This document shows positions 49,371 to 62,490 of a DNA stretch of 64,000 nt, in pieces. Each line of letters begins with the position of its first letter. The first letter of the stretch is position 1. Source of the DNA: Lama guanicoe (lineage: Eukaryota); contig MU053482.1 of NCBI GenBank assembly GCA_013239625.1, forward strand, positions 1,835,168-1,899,167. The letters are read 5' to 3'. The translations under genes and the position numbers were made by a program. Under the pieces are notes generated by a model that saw nothing but the letters and a program-made list of their open reading frames with translations, had not been told where the DNA came from and did not search any database.

Positions 49371-51113
49371 TTTGGCAAGCAAGGAGGTGTGGCTCCTCCC
49401 TGGTGCCTATGAATCAGCTGTTGCTGGAAAGATGGCATGATCCAGCACCAAACTGGTGCACAGGAGGAAACCCTAGGAAGTGAAAAGAGTTAACATCATC
49501 GGGACGACTGATTGTTAACAGGAACTGTCCCAGTCTCTCTCTTTACCCAGCCCTGCTGCCTCTCAGCCCTCAGGGAGAGCTCAGAGGCTCTGAGCCAAGG
49601 TTTTTGGTTGGCGCTGTGGGGGCCCTCACCTGTGATAGGACCAGACCTGGCCCACCAACCCCTTCTAGGGGTCCACTGGCCTCAGGACTCAGCAAGGAGG
49701 GTGGGGGCAGGTGGGGAGCCAAGATTCTCTGGAGGCCTGTAAGAGCCTTCCTTTGCCCTTCATTTTGCCAGGTCCAGGCTATGCTTTCCTTGAGGGTAGA
49801 CCTCAGAAATGGCTGGTGGGGACTCTGCCTGCCAGCCACCAGCCACAGGCAATGGAGATAGTCAGGAAGCCTGGTTCTTCCAAGAGGACTTCTAGGGCCC
49901 CAGGGCTCCCCAGGCCCATCCACACCCCACCCACCAGGCCTCCCCTGGCTAGGAAGGACCTCTAAGGCCCCAGCCTGCCTCTTCATCTTTAAGCCAGGCC
50001 AGCCAGTTCAGCATTAAAGCTGCTGGAGTGTCCAAGGAGACATAAAGAAAGTTTAGAGACTTTTAATTTGCCAGCACGGCCTCTCCCGCTGGCCAGCAGG
50101 TTGAGTGTTTATGGAGAAGGGCAGCTGCAATAAAGGCTTATTGTTCCTCCTCTGAGCCACCACTTGGTGACTCCTTTCTTAAGTGAGACAAAGGGAACCC
50201 AAGGCCCACTGGCCACCCCAGGCTTAGGGAGCTGGGCCTACAATTAGCAAGTTTCAACCCACAGCCACCCCAATACCAGGCTGGATGGGGAAGGCCCAAC
50301 TCTGCCTCCCTCTGGACTGCACCCACAGGAGAGGGCGAGCCTAGGACACTGACCACCGGACCTACACTCCAGTGGGGACTCCAGAGGACCCCCGAGCACC
50401 AGGAGGTGGGACTCTGACAGGGAGGGTACAGAAGTCCCGCTGCAGGGGACCAGCCTCATTTTCAGAGTCCTCCATGGGAGATGGGGGCTGTTCCAGAAAA
50501 GGTTTCCAGAGCCAGAGAGGCCACCTCAGGAGGGAGGTCTGTGAGCAGAGGCTAGAAGCCCATCTGCCAGGAGGGTGCCCAGCATGAAAGCTAAGTTCTG
50601 GCTGAGGAGCTCACTTCCAGCACCCGGATGCCCAGACTCAGGACCCCCAAGCAGGTCCTCTTGGCCAGGCAGGGATGGGGGAGCAGAGGGATGTGGTGAT
50701 TCATCCAGAGACACTCTATATCTGAGGCCATCACCTGGAGCTGCACACACTTGGGATCCAGGTACCCCATATTCCTGTGGAATGGAGACTGGAAGGTGGC
50801 ACCACGTCCCAGAGCACCCTTTGCTGAAAGCACCTGGGATCATAGCCCATAGGCAGCATGGCCCAGGGGCCTAGAAGGGAGCCTGGACAGTTTGTCTGTC
50901 CTACCTGTCCTCAGCTGCCATGAGGCCCAAGATCTGTGGGCATCCTGGTAGATACATGAATGGGAACATCTTTTCTCGCGGTCCATCGCCCCCTCTGGAG
51001 ACTCGCCTTACTTCACTGCTCAGAACATTCATGGCTTTGGAGACATTGTTCAGAGTGTGAATTGCTTAAATAATAGCATTTCAGGATACGAGGTTGCTGG
51101 TGGGGGTGGGGGT

Positions 51114-51301
51114 AGGGCCATCACGTACAGTTGTGTAGGTGGTTCACTGCACAAGGGCAAAGGAAGCAAATGAGAGCTGGAATACACAGACTTTGCTTAC
51201 CAATCTGTGGACGGTGCTTGACCCACCCTTGCCTGGAGGAAGGGGAAACTTTCCTCATTTTAATAAACATAGAGGCACCATAAGGGCTAGTAGAGACCCT
51301 G
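51114..51301 (+). mobile_element. MER91-like non-autonomous hAT DNA transposon
   Basis: TAGGGCCATCACGTACAGTTGTGTAGGTGGTTCACTGCACAAGGGC ... GAGACCCTG, with imperfect terminal inverted repeats. Confidence 0.55.
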
Positions 51302-52099
51302 AAGGTGCAGCCACCTTGTCCATGAGGACTGGCCTTTCTTTTTTAGGGCACTCTGACCAAGGGTCACATTTCTGAGGCTTTTACGATAGTTATGGACCCA
51401 GCTCTAGTGCATCACATGGGTGCATCCCCAGCAGGGGGGCTGGGATTAGCAGCAGGAACTAGTGCCTGTAACTTTCCTGTCCATACACGAGGCTTCAGTC
51501 TGTTACCTCGGGAGCTGCTATCTTGCCCCTCCCGCCTCCTGACACCCCTCATCCTCGGATAATTGGATTGGGGAAAGGGAGTATTATTTACCAGTCGCTT
51601 AGACCTGTTCCTCTCAAGCACCCCCTCCCCGTCTCCATTCTCTGCCTTGCCAAGAATAAAGATTGGGGATGAAATAAATTCGATAATAACCAATAGGGAC
51701 CCCCAGAGAAAATAAAGCAGCTTTTATTAAACTTCTTCCAAGATCTTTTGTGCTGAGCCTCTGCAGCCTCTCTCGGTGCAGGCTTCGCAGACTTGGCTCT
51801 GTTCCTGCAGGTGAGGGGAGCCCCCAGTGTGGCCCTCTTGTTCCCTCCTGCAAACCCCCAGCCGTAACTTGGGCCCTGGTCCTTCTCATGGCTGTCCTGA
51901 GTTGACTGCTATCTGCAAGTCAGTTAGAGCCACGGAAAAGACTCTGGCTGTGCATGGCGGGCTCTGAGGTTTTGGTGGAGTGGTCTCTCTCAGCCAGGGC
52001 TCCAGCCAACGGGTGCTGACGGGTCCCAGCTCCAGAGGCCACAGAGTTGAGGCTCGGGCCGTCCTGCCATTCATCCCGGGAGTCATCTCTCCAGGTTGA

Positions 52100-52900
52100 G
52101 TATGGCACGATTTAATGCTCCCATTCCTCCATTCCTGCTCTGCATGACAAATTGTTTTAATAAACATAAACCGGGTAATAATAAAGTCATAATAAGCCTG
52201 CGACTCACCTTATATCACTGCAGTTAAATCCTCCCATAAGCCGGCGCTGGTTACAATGACAATTACGGCCGGGCCAATCCGCAGGCAGGCCTGCGTGCGG
52301 ACAGATTTAATATCGTTTGTAAATATGATTAGTGGGCTGTCATGTTATTGCAGGCTGCTATTTACATTTCTCTCCGGGGTTATACACTCCGCCAAATCAA
52401 CATTAAGTAGTGGGCCTCTCTTTCCTCCTTAAATCATACATTCCCTCTGCCTGCGCCAATCCCGCTTAATGAAGAAAGGGAACCTGACGGGCGGGCACTG
52501 GGCAGAATGGAGCCGGGCCTCAGCATTTTTCTGAAGACAGATGGGCATGGGGAGCCCCGAGAAAGCTCTGGTGGGTGGATGGGCCCTGCCTGCTGCAGCC
52601 CCCTCTCCTCCCCTCCGCAGCCCCTGCCCCACTCCCTGCCTGCTCGCTTATGAAAAATGTTCAAATAACGAATGGTTGTTGTTTACAGAAGTAATTTCAT
52701 GCTACATTTCCATTATTGCCTGGATTTGTTTAGTTTCGCACCCTACCCCATTGCCTACGATGAACTTTTAAGGAAATACAGCTCGCGCTTCCCACTCTGC
52801 CGTTCCGCTCCTAATGGAAGCCGCTTGCATTTGAGACATATTGTGACACTTCATAACTGTGTGCAAATAAGCATTCTTAAACTGCTAGGGTCAATTAATC
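52100..52900. promoter_or_regulatory. Candidate enhancer or promoter-like element with retained CpGs
   Basis: Non-repetitive; rich in TAAT and ATAAA; CCAAT boxes at 52274 and 52456; unusually many CpGs for intergenic DNA. Confidence 0.55.
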
Positions 52901-54102
52901 ATTGTTGCGGAGGCTACTCTGCTCCGGGGGCAGCAGAATCCATCCCGCTGGGGAGCAAGGTGGGAGGCGGAAAAGCTAAAAATTGAGGGCGTGAGGGGCG
53001 CAGCCCCAGGAGCCACAGCTGTGCTTTCCAGATCGTCCAGCGTCACTGGAGACCGCACAGGTGTGCTCTTCTCTGTCCCCAGCATAGTTTAGGGTGGACC
53101 TATAGAAGAATGGCGAGGGTGGGGAGCCACTCAGAAGAATGGAATAAAACTCAAATATCATATGCCTCCAATGCCTTCTAAAGGACAACACCCTAGACAG
53201 GATTTCACCTTCTTGAGATGGCCAAGGTGACTGTTACGTTTGGAAGTGAAACACATTGATGCACTCTGAGGCTAGGGGGCTGCAGGGCTGTTAGTCCTTG
53301 CACAGAATGCCCCAGAGCGTGGTTTCTGAGCCCCGTAGATGGATGTGCACGGTGTGGATAGCTGTCGGGGTGTCTGTCTGTTGCATCCTCACTTCCTAGT
53401 GCTGCTCCTAATCTTTAGTGAGCTTGGAGGCCAGGACATCAACTTTGAAGCATGAAGGCTAGAAAACTAGACTGTATAAATTATTTGTCAAAGAAGAGGA
53501 ACTAGACTGGCTGAGAAAGTCGGGGATTCTCCTCAAAGTTTAAGAGTCAGATGTGTATTTTATTCAGAGCTTTTTGTTTCCTTCCTGATTCCCAAATGAT
53601 TCTCAACTGGAGCTGGGAAAGGGCTTGAATGGAGGCTAGGAGGAGCTCTATACTTTTGCTGAAGTGTGCTCATTCATTCATTCTACAAATACTGTCTGTG
53701 TTAGGCACGCACTGTGGACTAGGCACTGTTCCGGGCACTGTGGGACACAGAGTCTCCTGCCTTCTCTGAGGAGATGAGGTCTGAGCTGAGAGAAACAGCC
53801 CTCCCCTTGGTGCACACCTGCAAATCCTCGCAGATGCCATATGCATGCACACCTGTGTGCATTTTCTTCTTCATTAATGACTCCTGAATGAAATAATTTC
53901 TTCTCCTAATGGCCTCTAGTTGCCAAACTTTGTATAACGAATATTTATTATTTTAATAAAAAGAGAAAAATATAGTCTTTTCTTAATGTCAGGGGAGCTT
54001 TGGGAAAAATTTCCATCCCAAAAGGTTAAAATGAGAAAGTGGGTGCTTATATGGTCACACATTCCACTATCTGGAAAATGCGGATGACTTGAGTCAGAGT
54101 TG

Positions 54103-54103
54103 A

Positions 54104-54138
<35 letters not shown>
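54103..54138. repeat. Compound (TG)n(AG)n microsatellite
   Basis: Directly visible. Confidence 0.95.
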
Positions 54139-54940
54139 GGAGAGAAGGGGAGGCAGGGATGAGTGTGGCTAAGGGCAAGATGACAGGCCCTGGGTTCTGA
54201 GGCAGTGTGAAAATGAGCCATGGGTCCCCAAGCCATGCGCTCACCAGGCTTATCAGCCTGCAGAGATTAGGGCTGGGACCATGGTCAGAGAACCCTCTTG
54301 ATCTCCAACAGCACACAGGAAGCTTGAGACGTAATGAAAAGGAGTCGCCCAGCACAGAAAGTGGAGAATGGTATTGATTTTCCAGTGCTTGGTTGATCAG
54401 AGTTGCTCAGCAGGTAAAACCTCACAGGCGTCCACCACAATGGTGGGGTCTGTGGCACCCCCTGTCTGCCTGGCTTCTCCGCTCCACAGAGGCCATCTCC
54501 CCAACCCTGCCTTTGCAAATCTCGTGAAATGCCTTGTCCTCTGTCCCCAGGGGTCCAGCTCAGACAGTGGAAGGGCAGGGGATGGTGGGGCAGAAGAGGC
54601 CTGGGAGGACATCACTCTTGGCTCTGGTATGTGTGAGCAGACGTCAGGCCACTGCCCACGGGCCAGGCTGCCATCCTGGCTCTAGATCCTTACCCTTACC
54701 CATCACTGCAGCCTGGAGGCACTCAGGTGAGCCCCCAGCATTGGAGCCTGTCCCTGCAGGGATCCAGAGCCGTGGAGGAAGAGCAAGCTCTACCTTGGAG
54801 CGGGAAGCAGAATTTGGAGTCAGACACTCCAATGAGTAGCCCTGGATCAAGACCAGTGCAGCCCCACAGACTCATACCACAGGCAGGGTGTTCCATTTGA
54901 GGAAGTGATATAATGCAGCTGTTAAGAGTGGGATCTTTGA

Positions 54941-55152
54941 ACACACATTACTGTATATAGAATAGAAAAGCAACAAGGACCTACTGTACAGCACAGGAAC
55001 TATATTCTACTTCTTGTAATGAGCTGTAATGGAAAAGAATCTGAAAATACATATATATGTATGCATGTATGTCTAACTGAATTGCTTTGCTGTACACCTG
55101 AAATTAATGTTGTAAATTGACTACACTTCATTAAAAGAATAAGCATTTAAAA
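54941..55152 (+). mobile_element. Short artiodactyl-type L1 3' end inserted in a MIR
   Basis: AACAAGGACCTACTGTACAGCACAGGAACTATATT...AATGGAAAAGAATCTGAAAA...GCTGTACACCTGAAA...TGTAAATTGACTA. Confidence 0.85.
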
Positions 55153-55170
55153 AATGAATGAGATCTTTGA

Positions 55171-55743
55171 CATGTACCCCAATGTTCATAGCAGCACTAC
55201 TTGCAATAGCCAAGACATGGAAGCAACGTAAATGTCCATTGACAGATGACTGGATAAAGAAGCTGTGGTATATTTATACAATGGAATACTACTGAGCTAT
55301 AAAAATTATAACATAATGCCATTTTCAGCAATATGGATGGACCTAGAGATTATTATACTAAACAAAACAAGTCAGAGAAAGACAATATTATGATATCACT
55401 TATACATTGAATCTAAAAAAATGGAACATATGAACTTATCTACAAAACAGAAACAGACTCACAGACATAGAAAACAAACTTATGGTTACCAGTGAGGGAA
55501 GCGGCAGGGAGGGATAAAGTAGGGGTCTGAGATTTGCAGATACTAACTACTATATACAAAATAAACAACAAAGTCCTATTGTTAAGTATGGGGAACTGAT
55601 TCAATATCTTGCAACAACCTATAACAGTAAAGAATATATATATAGCATATATACACAGAATGTATAACTGAATCACTATGCTGTACACCAGAAAGTAATA
55701 CAACACTGAAAATCAACTATACTTTTACTGAAAAAAAAAAAAA
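55171..55743 (+). mobile_element. Artiodactyl-type L1 3' end with poly(A)
   Basis: CCCCAATGTTCATAGCAGCACTA...ATGGATGGACCTAGAGATTATTATACTAA...AATCAACTATACTT followed by an A13 tail. Confidence 0.9.
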
Positions 55744-55960
55744 GAGTGGGATATTTGGAGTCAGCCAGGCTTGGACTGGCATCCTGGCTCCTTCATTTGC
55801 CAAGTATGTGAACTAGGCAAATTATTTAACTTTCTCGAGCCTCAGCAGTCCATTCTGTAGAATGGGGATAACAGTTGTCTCCTTAGGAGTGTATTGTGAG
55901 GATCTCATCAGGTAAAGGACTTCGAATGTGCTTGGCTCGAGTAGTGTTCCTGATTATTAG
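55744..55960 (+). mobile_element. MIR SINE (5' part at ~54900-54940, split by the two L1 insertions)
   Basis: TTTGGAGTCAG...AGGCAAATTATTTAACTTTCTCGAGCCTCAG...TCTGTAGAATGGGGATAA. Confidence 0.75.
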
Positions 55961-56039
55961 CTAAAACAACAACATGATAAAAATCAAGGGTTTAGGGTAG
56001 GGCCAAGACCCACACCTGTTCCCCACCCTACCTCTGTTC

Positions 56040-57390
56040 TCGCTTCATGAATGGTACCACCTGAGGCAGAAATCTTGGAGTCATCCTGGGCTCCTCTCTC
56101 ACACCCCATGCTAGTTAGTTGTCCAGTCCCTCCCGTTCCACTTTCTGGACACCCCTCCATTTGCATTACCTCCTTGCCCATCCAGGCCCCATGGTTTCTC
56201 TCCTGGATGACTGCAATAGCTCTAGACTGGCCTCCCCAAACCCACGCTGGCCCTTTGCACTGCATTCAACACCCAACGTCTGAAGCAAATCAGGATTCCA
56301 TCACACTCTGATTTACCATCTTCAGTGGCTCCTCTTTATTATTTGGTACTTGCTTGCCTTCCCTTCTGTTTTCTCCAGGGGGCAGTCAGGTCCTCCAAGC
56401 CAGAGCCCTTGGGTTTTTACCCCTGTTTCCCCAGTGCCTTCCCCAGTGTTGGAACAAAACAGGCTCATGGGATGATTGTTGAGTGAATGCACGAATAGAG
56501 GCCCTTCCTCCGGCCCCAGCCCTATCTCTACTGATGTTTTAAGTCGACGCTTTGGACCAGCATCTGACCACAATGTGTTAGAGGCATACAGCAATAGCCT
56601 TTTGTGGGTGGGGTAGGCATTGAGGAGTAGGATGACTGGGGCAGAGCTGCAAAGGTGGAGAAGGCAGAGGAAGGAGAAACAGTGGGCAGGGGTGAGACCA
56701 TGAAGAGCCTGGGAAGTCTGGTAAGGATTCTGCACTTAGCTTTGTAAGCAGTAGGGGAGCCACTGAGGGCTTCCGGCAGTTCGAAGATATGCTTTGATTT
56801 CTGTCTTAGAAAGGTTGCTCTGGACTGGGGGCATGTGGAGCAGAAACAGGAAAAGCAGACAGGAAATGTTTCTCATCATCCAGATAGGAGTTGAAGGTTG
56901 CTGGATCAGGGTGGTGGTAGTAGCAGGGAAGGGGAACCAGATTCAAGAGGCATTCAGAGGGAAAATCAGCAGGCTTTGGTGACTGTTGTGTTTGAGGGGA
57001 GAGAAAAAGAGAAGTGGTGGAGGGGGTCTAACAGGCTACCAGGTTTCTGGAGAATTGCAACATTGTGTGATGGTCGTGTCATTCACCAGGACGCTGAAGA
57101 CAAGAGGACGGGCAGTGTGGACCAGAGACGGGATGGAGTGGGAAAGGAAAGGGATAGGTTCCCTTTTGAATATGGGACATCCAAGTTAAGATGATGAAAT
57201 CTGCTGGCTCTTGGGGTCTGGAGCTCAGGAAACAGCTCAGGGCTGGAGACAGAGATTTGGGGGCCTCAGTGTACAGTCAATAGTGGGAGAAAGCCAGAAA
57301 TGGGCCAGATTGTAAGTAGCCATGTTTAATGAGAAGATAAGACTTGAGGAACACCAACATTTAGGAGACCTCTGGAGGAAGAGGAGAGAG
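56040..57390. mobile_element. L2 fragments (plus ~56040-56500; minus ~56590-57390)
   Basis: GGAGTCATCCTGGGCTCCTC...CCTGGATGACTGCAATAGC...TTGTTGAGTGAATG; GGGGAGCCACTGAGGG...TTAGAAAGGTTGCTCTGG...GGGCTGGAGACAGAGATTTGG. Confidence 0.7.
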
Positions 57391-57547
57391 AAGGGAGTGG
57401 GGTGGGGGCAGACCAGTAGGAAGGGCCGGGGAAGACGAGAGGAAAAGGATTCATGGAAGCATGGTCAGACATGTGGTCCACTGAGCCTTGACAGGAAGGG
57501 AAGGGGGTTCATGATGCCTTGGGAAAAGAGCTGGAGGGGAGGAAGAC

Positions 57548-57645
57548 TTAAATATATATAGCTATATAAATATATATTAGTATAAATAAGTAAATAAAAA
57601 TATATAAATATGTAATACATATAAATGTTATATATATATATATTT
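57548..57645. repeat. AT-rich (TA)n-like low-complexity tract
   Basis: Almost exclusively A/T. Confidence 0.85.
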
Positions 57646-59346
57646 TTTTGCAGGGGTAATGATTGAGGAGACAAGTACATATAGTTACCTACTAATTTTA
57701 ATTTATATCTGCCTCCTTTCCAAAACAATTTAAGGCAGCCAAGGAAAATGTGATCCTATTCAGGACTGAGGAAGGATGTCTAAGTGGGGCCAAGCCCACG
57801 TCTTCCATGACCACCTCAGAGAAAGGCCTGCATTGAAATGCCCCCTTGGTAGGTGCTGTGTAAGGGTCATGAGGACAAAGTCAGAGTTAGATGAGGTTAA
57901 GACCTGTGAAGTCCGGGTGGGGCTGCTGGGTGTCAGAGGTGAGGCCAGGGTCAGATGAAGACAAAACAGGAAGACTGAAGGGCTGGGGTGTCAAGGGAGT
58001 GAGGTCAGGATGCATGAAATCCCAGTGGGAACAGGGTGCGGTCAGACCATGCCCTTAGGGACTGTGGCCAGGGGGGATTGGGCAGGTGGGCCCCCAGAAA
58101 GAACAGGTGGGTGTGGTCACTCTGAGGGGTGACCCTGAGAGCCGTCCTGTTCCTTGTCCTCTCTACACCAAGAGCATGGATATATGTACACATTTGGGTG
58201 GTATGTGTGCCCCGTGAACATGGCCTGTGTGTGTACATGTGTGATATGCCCTTTTGTGTTTGTGTGTGCTCACTTGTGGGTGTGGCATGTGAGTACATAT
58301 TTTGTACAGTGTGATTGTGCTTGTGTTATGTTTTCTAAAAGCACAGAGCAGATTGAGTATTATAATCGGAACCTAGACACAAACCCCTCAGAGCAATGGC
58401 CAGACATCACATCCCATTTCTGGATAACTTCTCAAGGCCAAAGAACTTTGAAAGCCATGTGGAGAGAGAAGAGCTCTGGTCCTTGTTGGCCTCAGCTGAT
58501 GGGCATAAGGGTGGGGTGGTTGGTAAAGAACTGACCCCTAAGTCTGGAATGTTCCCTCCCTGCAGCTCTTATGTCCTGGCAGCTAACCTCACAGAGCCCA
58601 AACTATTCCCCAACCTATATCAGCCTCAGAGAGAATGTCACTGTTTCCAGTCCATCCTACGACAGAAGTCACAGTGACCTTACTAAGATGGAATCAAGTC
58701 ACTAGACTGCCTGCAACCTTCAATGGCTCCCCATTACCCACAGAATAAAATGTGAAATCTTTACCAGAGCATACCAGGACCTTCATGATCCAGCCCCTGC
58801 CCACCTATCCTTTCTCTTCTGCCTCCTCAATGCCCACTCCATTCCCAGTAGGCCACTGCTTCATGCTTCCAAGACATTGTCACCAGATGCAAATTAAAAG
58901 AGTTGACTCCAAATTACATTTAGATAATGGGGCCAGGAAGTGGCCTCAAGTAGACCAAGCTCCCTTCCCTCCCTCCTTCCTTCCCTCCTTCTTTAATTCA
59001 ACAAATATTTATCAGATGCTTCTAGGCACTGAAGATATAAAGATGACTAGAACTCAGACAGTGATCTTTGGGGGCTGGTTAACCTTCAAGGGAGAGTGTC
59101 AGTCAGGCTGTTACTGAACATAATAGATGCTCATTAAATATCTATTAAACAAATAAGTGAACAAATGTAGTGTTACAATAGGTTATCACAGAATAAGGCA
59201 CAAGGAGAGAAAAGAAAAGAAGCCTTCTTTACCTCTTCAGGAAAGACTTCATGAGGCTGGTGATAAGCTAGATGAACTTGGAGGGGTTGACTAGGAGCTT
59301 ACTGGTGGCACTGCGGAAGGGCACTGAGCAAACGACAGCACAGGCA

Positions 59347-60584
59347 AAGGATGAAATTAGAACATTTTTTCACACCATATACAAAAATAAACTCAAATTG
59401 GGTTAAAGACCTAAATGTAAGACCGGATACTCTAAAACTCCTAGAAGAAAATGTAGGCAGAACACTCTTTGACATAAATCGCAGCAATATTTTTTTGGAC
59501 CCGTCTCCTAGAGTAATGGAAATAAAAGCAAAAATAAACAAATGGGACCTAATTAAACTTAAAAGCTTTTGCACAGCAAAGGAAATCATCAACAAAATGA
59601 AAAGACAACCTACGGAATGGGAGAAAATATTTGCAAACAATGTGACTGAGAAGGGATTAATTTCCAAAATATACAAACAGCTCATCCAACCTAATATCAA
59701 AAAAACAAACAACCCAATCAAACAATGGACAGAAGACCTAAACAGACATTTCCGCAAAGAAGATATGCAGATTCCCAACAGGCATATGAAAAGATGCTCA
59801 ATATCACTGATGATTAAAGAAATGCAAATCAAAACTACAATAAGGTATCACTCACACCAGTCAGAATGGCCATCATTAAAAAGTCAACAAATAATAAATG
59901 CTGGAGAGGGTGTGGAGAAAAAGGAACCCTTCTATATTGTTAGTGGGAATGTAATTTGGTGCAGCCACTATGGAGAATAGTATGGAGGTTCTTTAGAAAA
60001 CTAAAAACAGGCTTATCATATGACCTAGCAATCCTATCCCTGGGCATATATCTGGAGAAACTCCCAGTTTGAAAAGGCACATGCACCTCAATGTGCAAGA
60101 CAGCCCTATTTACAATAGCCAAGGCATGGAAGCAACCTAAATGCCCATCAACAGCTAATTGGATAAAGATGTGATTGATATATATATATACACACACACA
60201 CACATACATACACAAGTGGAATAAAAAAGAATGAAATAATGTCATTTGCAGCAACATGGATGGACTTAGAGATTATCATATTAAACAATATAAGTCAGAC
60301 AGAGAAAGACAAATATCATATATCACTTCTATGTGAATCTAAAAAAAAGATACAAATAAGCTTATTTACAAACCAGAAATAGTCTCACAGACATAGAAAA
60401 CAAACATATGGCTACCAAAGGGAAAGGGTGGGGGATAAATTAGGAGTTTAGGATTAATATATACAAACCACTATATATAAAATAGATAAACAACAAGGAC
60501 CTACTGCATAGCACAGAAAACTGTATTCTTGTGATAGTCTTTAAATCTTGTAAAAACCTATAATGGAAAAGAATCTGAAAAAGA

Positions 60585-60615
<31 letters not shown>

Positions 60616-60700
60616 TACACATATACATAACTGAATCACTTTGCTGTACACTTGAAACAAATACAACATTGTAAATCAACTATATTTCAATAAAAAATAA
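59347..60700 (+). mobile_element. Relatively young 5'-truncated L1 (ORF2 C-terminus, 3' UTR, A-rich tail)
   Basis: ORF 59351-59980 encodes [15 protein letters not shown]...[17 protein letters not shown]...[12 protein letters not shown], the L1 ORF2p C-terminal region. It frameshifts near RYH. The artiodactyl-type 3' UTR ends TTCAATAAAAAATAA. Confidence 0.95.
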
Positions 60701-61188
60701 CTTAACCTTTTATGCCTTTGAGGAGGGTGACTTGGCCCCTGGGATTCCCCACCTTCCCCCAACCACCCTCTTAGTGCTTTGGGAAGACAGGGTTCCCTAA
60801 GAAAGGAGGAAGGGGGGCCTGCCCTGGAGGAGGCTGTGCCTAAGGTTGCTCCCAGGCCTGAAATCAGGATGCTAGGGGGAAGGGGGGCGGTGCTGGAACC
60901 AAACAGGAGGTCCTGGTCCCCAGACTGTGTTCCCTTCCATGGCCTGCAGGCTTTACCTGCCTTCTTCCCACCTACAGACCCTCCTCCCCAGGCCCCTTCT
61001 TCCAGCTCCCCCTCCCGGCTATCCCAGTCTGGGCCCTTGGTCTACCCACCCCCACCACGCTCTGTCCTCTCTGCAGATCCAGCCAGCTCACTCCTGGCCT
61101 GGCTGGCACAAGGGTTCCTGCCCTGTTCTTCACCTATGCCTGCACTTAGCTCCGCGCCTGCCCAGGTGAGCCTGTGCCAGTGGCCCGA

Positions 61189-61373
<185 letters not shown>

Positions 61374-62109
61374 CGCGCGCACGCGCAAGCACACAGACTG
61401 AGCGACCAAAGAGCCTGCTGGGTGCCTTGGGACAATCCATTGCCCTCTCTGGGCCTTTGTTTCTACATTTGATTTTTGGGAAAATGACTCACAGGCCCCT
61501 CCCTATCGAACATTCCGCTGTGGGTGAGCTGCTGCAGAAAATCAAAGGAGGAGGTGGAGAAGTGAGTGTTCAGGCTGCCAGGAAGGAGTGTAGGAGGCTA
61601 AGCAGTGGGGAGGTCCCAGCAGGTGCGTGTGCCACTGCTCAGCAACTGCACCCCCGGACAGCAGACCAGCAGCTACAGACAGCCCAGGAAATCATGGTGG
61701 GGAAGCGTGGTGGCTGGGGACCCAGCTGCTGGCAGGGGGACCTAAGAAGCAGAGACTGCTCTGTGCCCAGAGGAGCCCAACACCCCTGGGGCCTCACTGG
61801 CCCCACGAATCGCCTCTCTCTCCGCCAACCCTGCCCAGATTTTCTCAGCTCTGATTAAAAGACTAATAGATTTGGGATTTCTCTTTGTAAAGAAGTGCAA
61901 TCCCAGTGCACCAAGCCAGAGAGGTCCCTAGCCCACCCGGATTCCCAGAATCCCACATTCCCCCTTCCCTGGGGAGGGCTGGAGTTTGGGCTCGGGGTCT
62001 TGGTCAGCCCTGCCCAGCAGGGGCTGGGAAGTCAAGGAGGCTGGAGGGGCCTGTATCCAGCTCTGGCCTCTGCCAGGCAGCACTGGGGAGGCCCAGAGGG
62101 GTTTATTTG

Positions 62110-62490
62110 GATTTTTTAATTATCATTTTTACTTTTTTTCTCCTCATGAAAAAGTTTTAATATACCCAGTAAATTAAGCCCAGAAAAAAAGGAGGGGGGG
62201 CACATTTCATCTTTAATCTATTTACTTCTGAATATTTAACATACAATTCTGGCACCAATCACCAAATTTAACTGGAAAATTACTCACTAATCTGTTTGCT
62301 TATTTGGAATAATTGGGTCGGCTGCCAGCGCAAGGATTTCCCCCCCCTGTTTAATATCTCAGTTAGTAGTCCAATTTCAGCTTGGCGGCATAATTACTCT
62401 GACAGAGCTGTAGCCACGGGGCCTGTGAGTGGGGCTGGTTTTAAACCGTAAATTATGAAGGATTAGCATTTATGAATTTTAAATCAGGGC
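62110..62490. promoter_or_regulatory. Candidate homeodomain-bound enhancer
   Basis: Non-repetitive AT-rich block with many TAAT/ATTA, TTTATG and TGACAG motifs. Confidence 0.45.

Noticed and set aside
59299..59980. 209-aa plus-strand ORF and 177-aa antisense ORF as host genes
   Set aside because: The plus ORF is a truncated, frameshifted L1 ORF2 C-terminus; the hydrophobic minus ORF is its usual antisense shadow.
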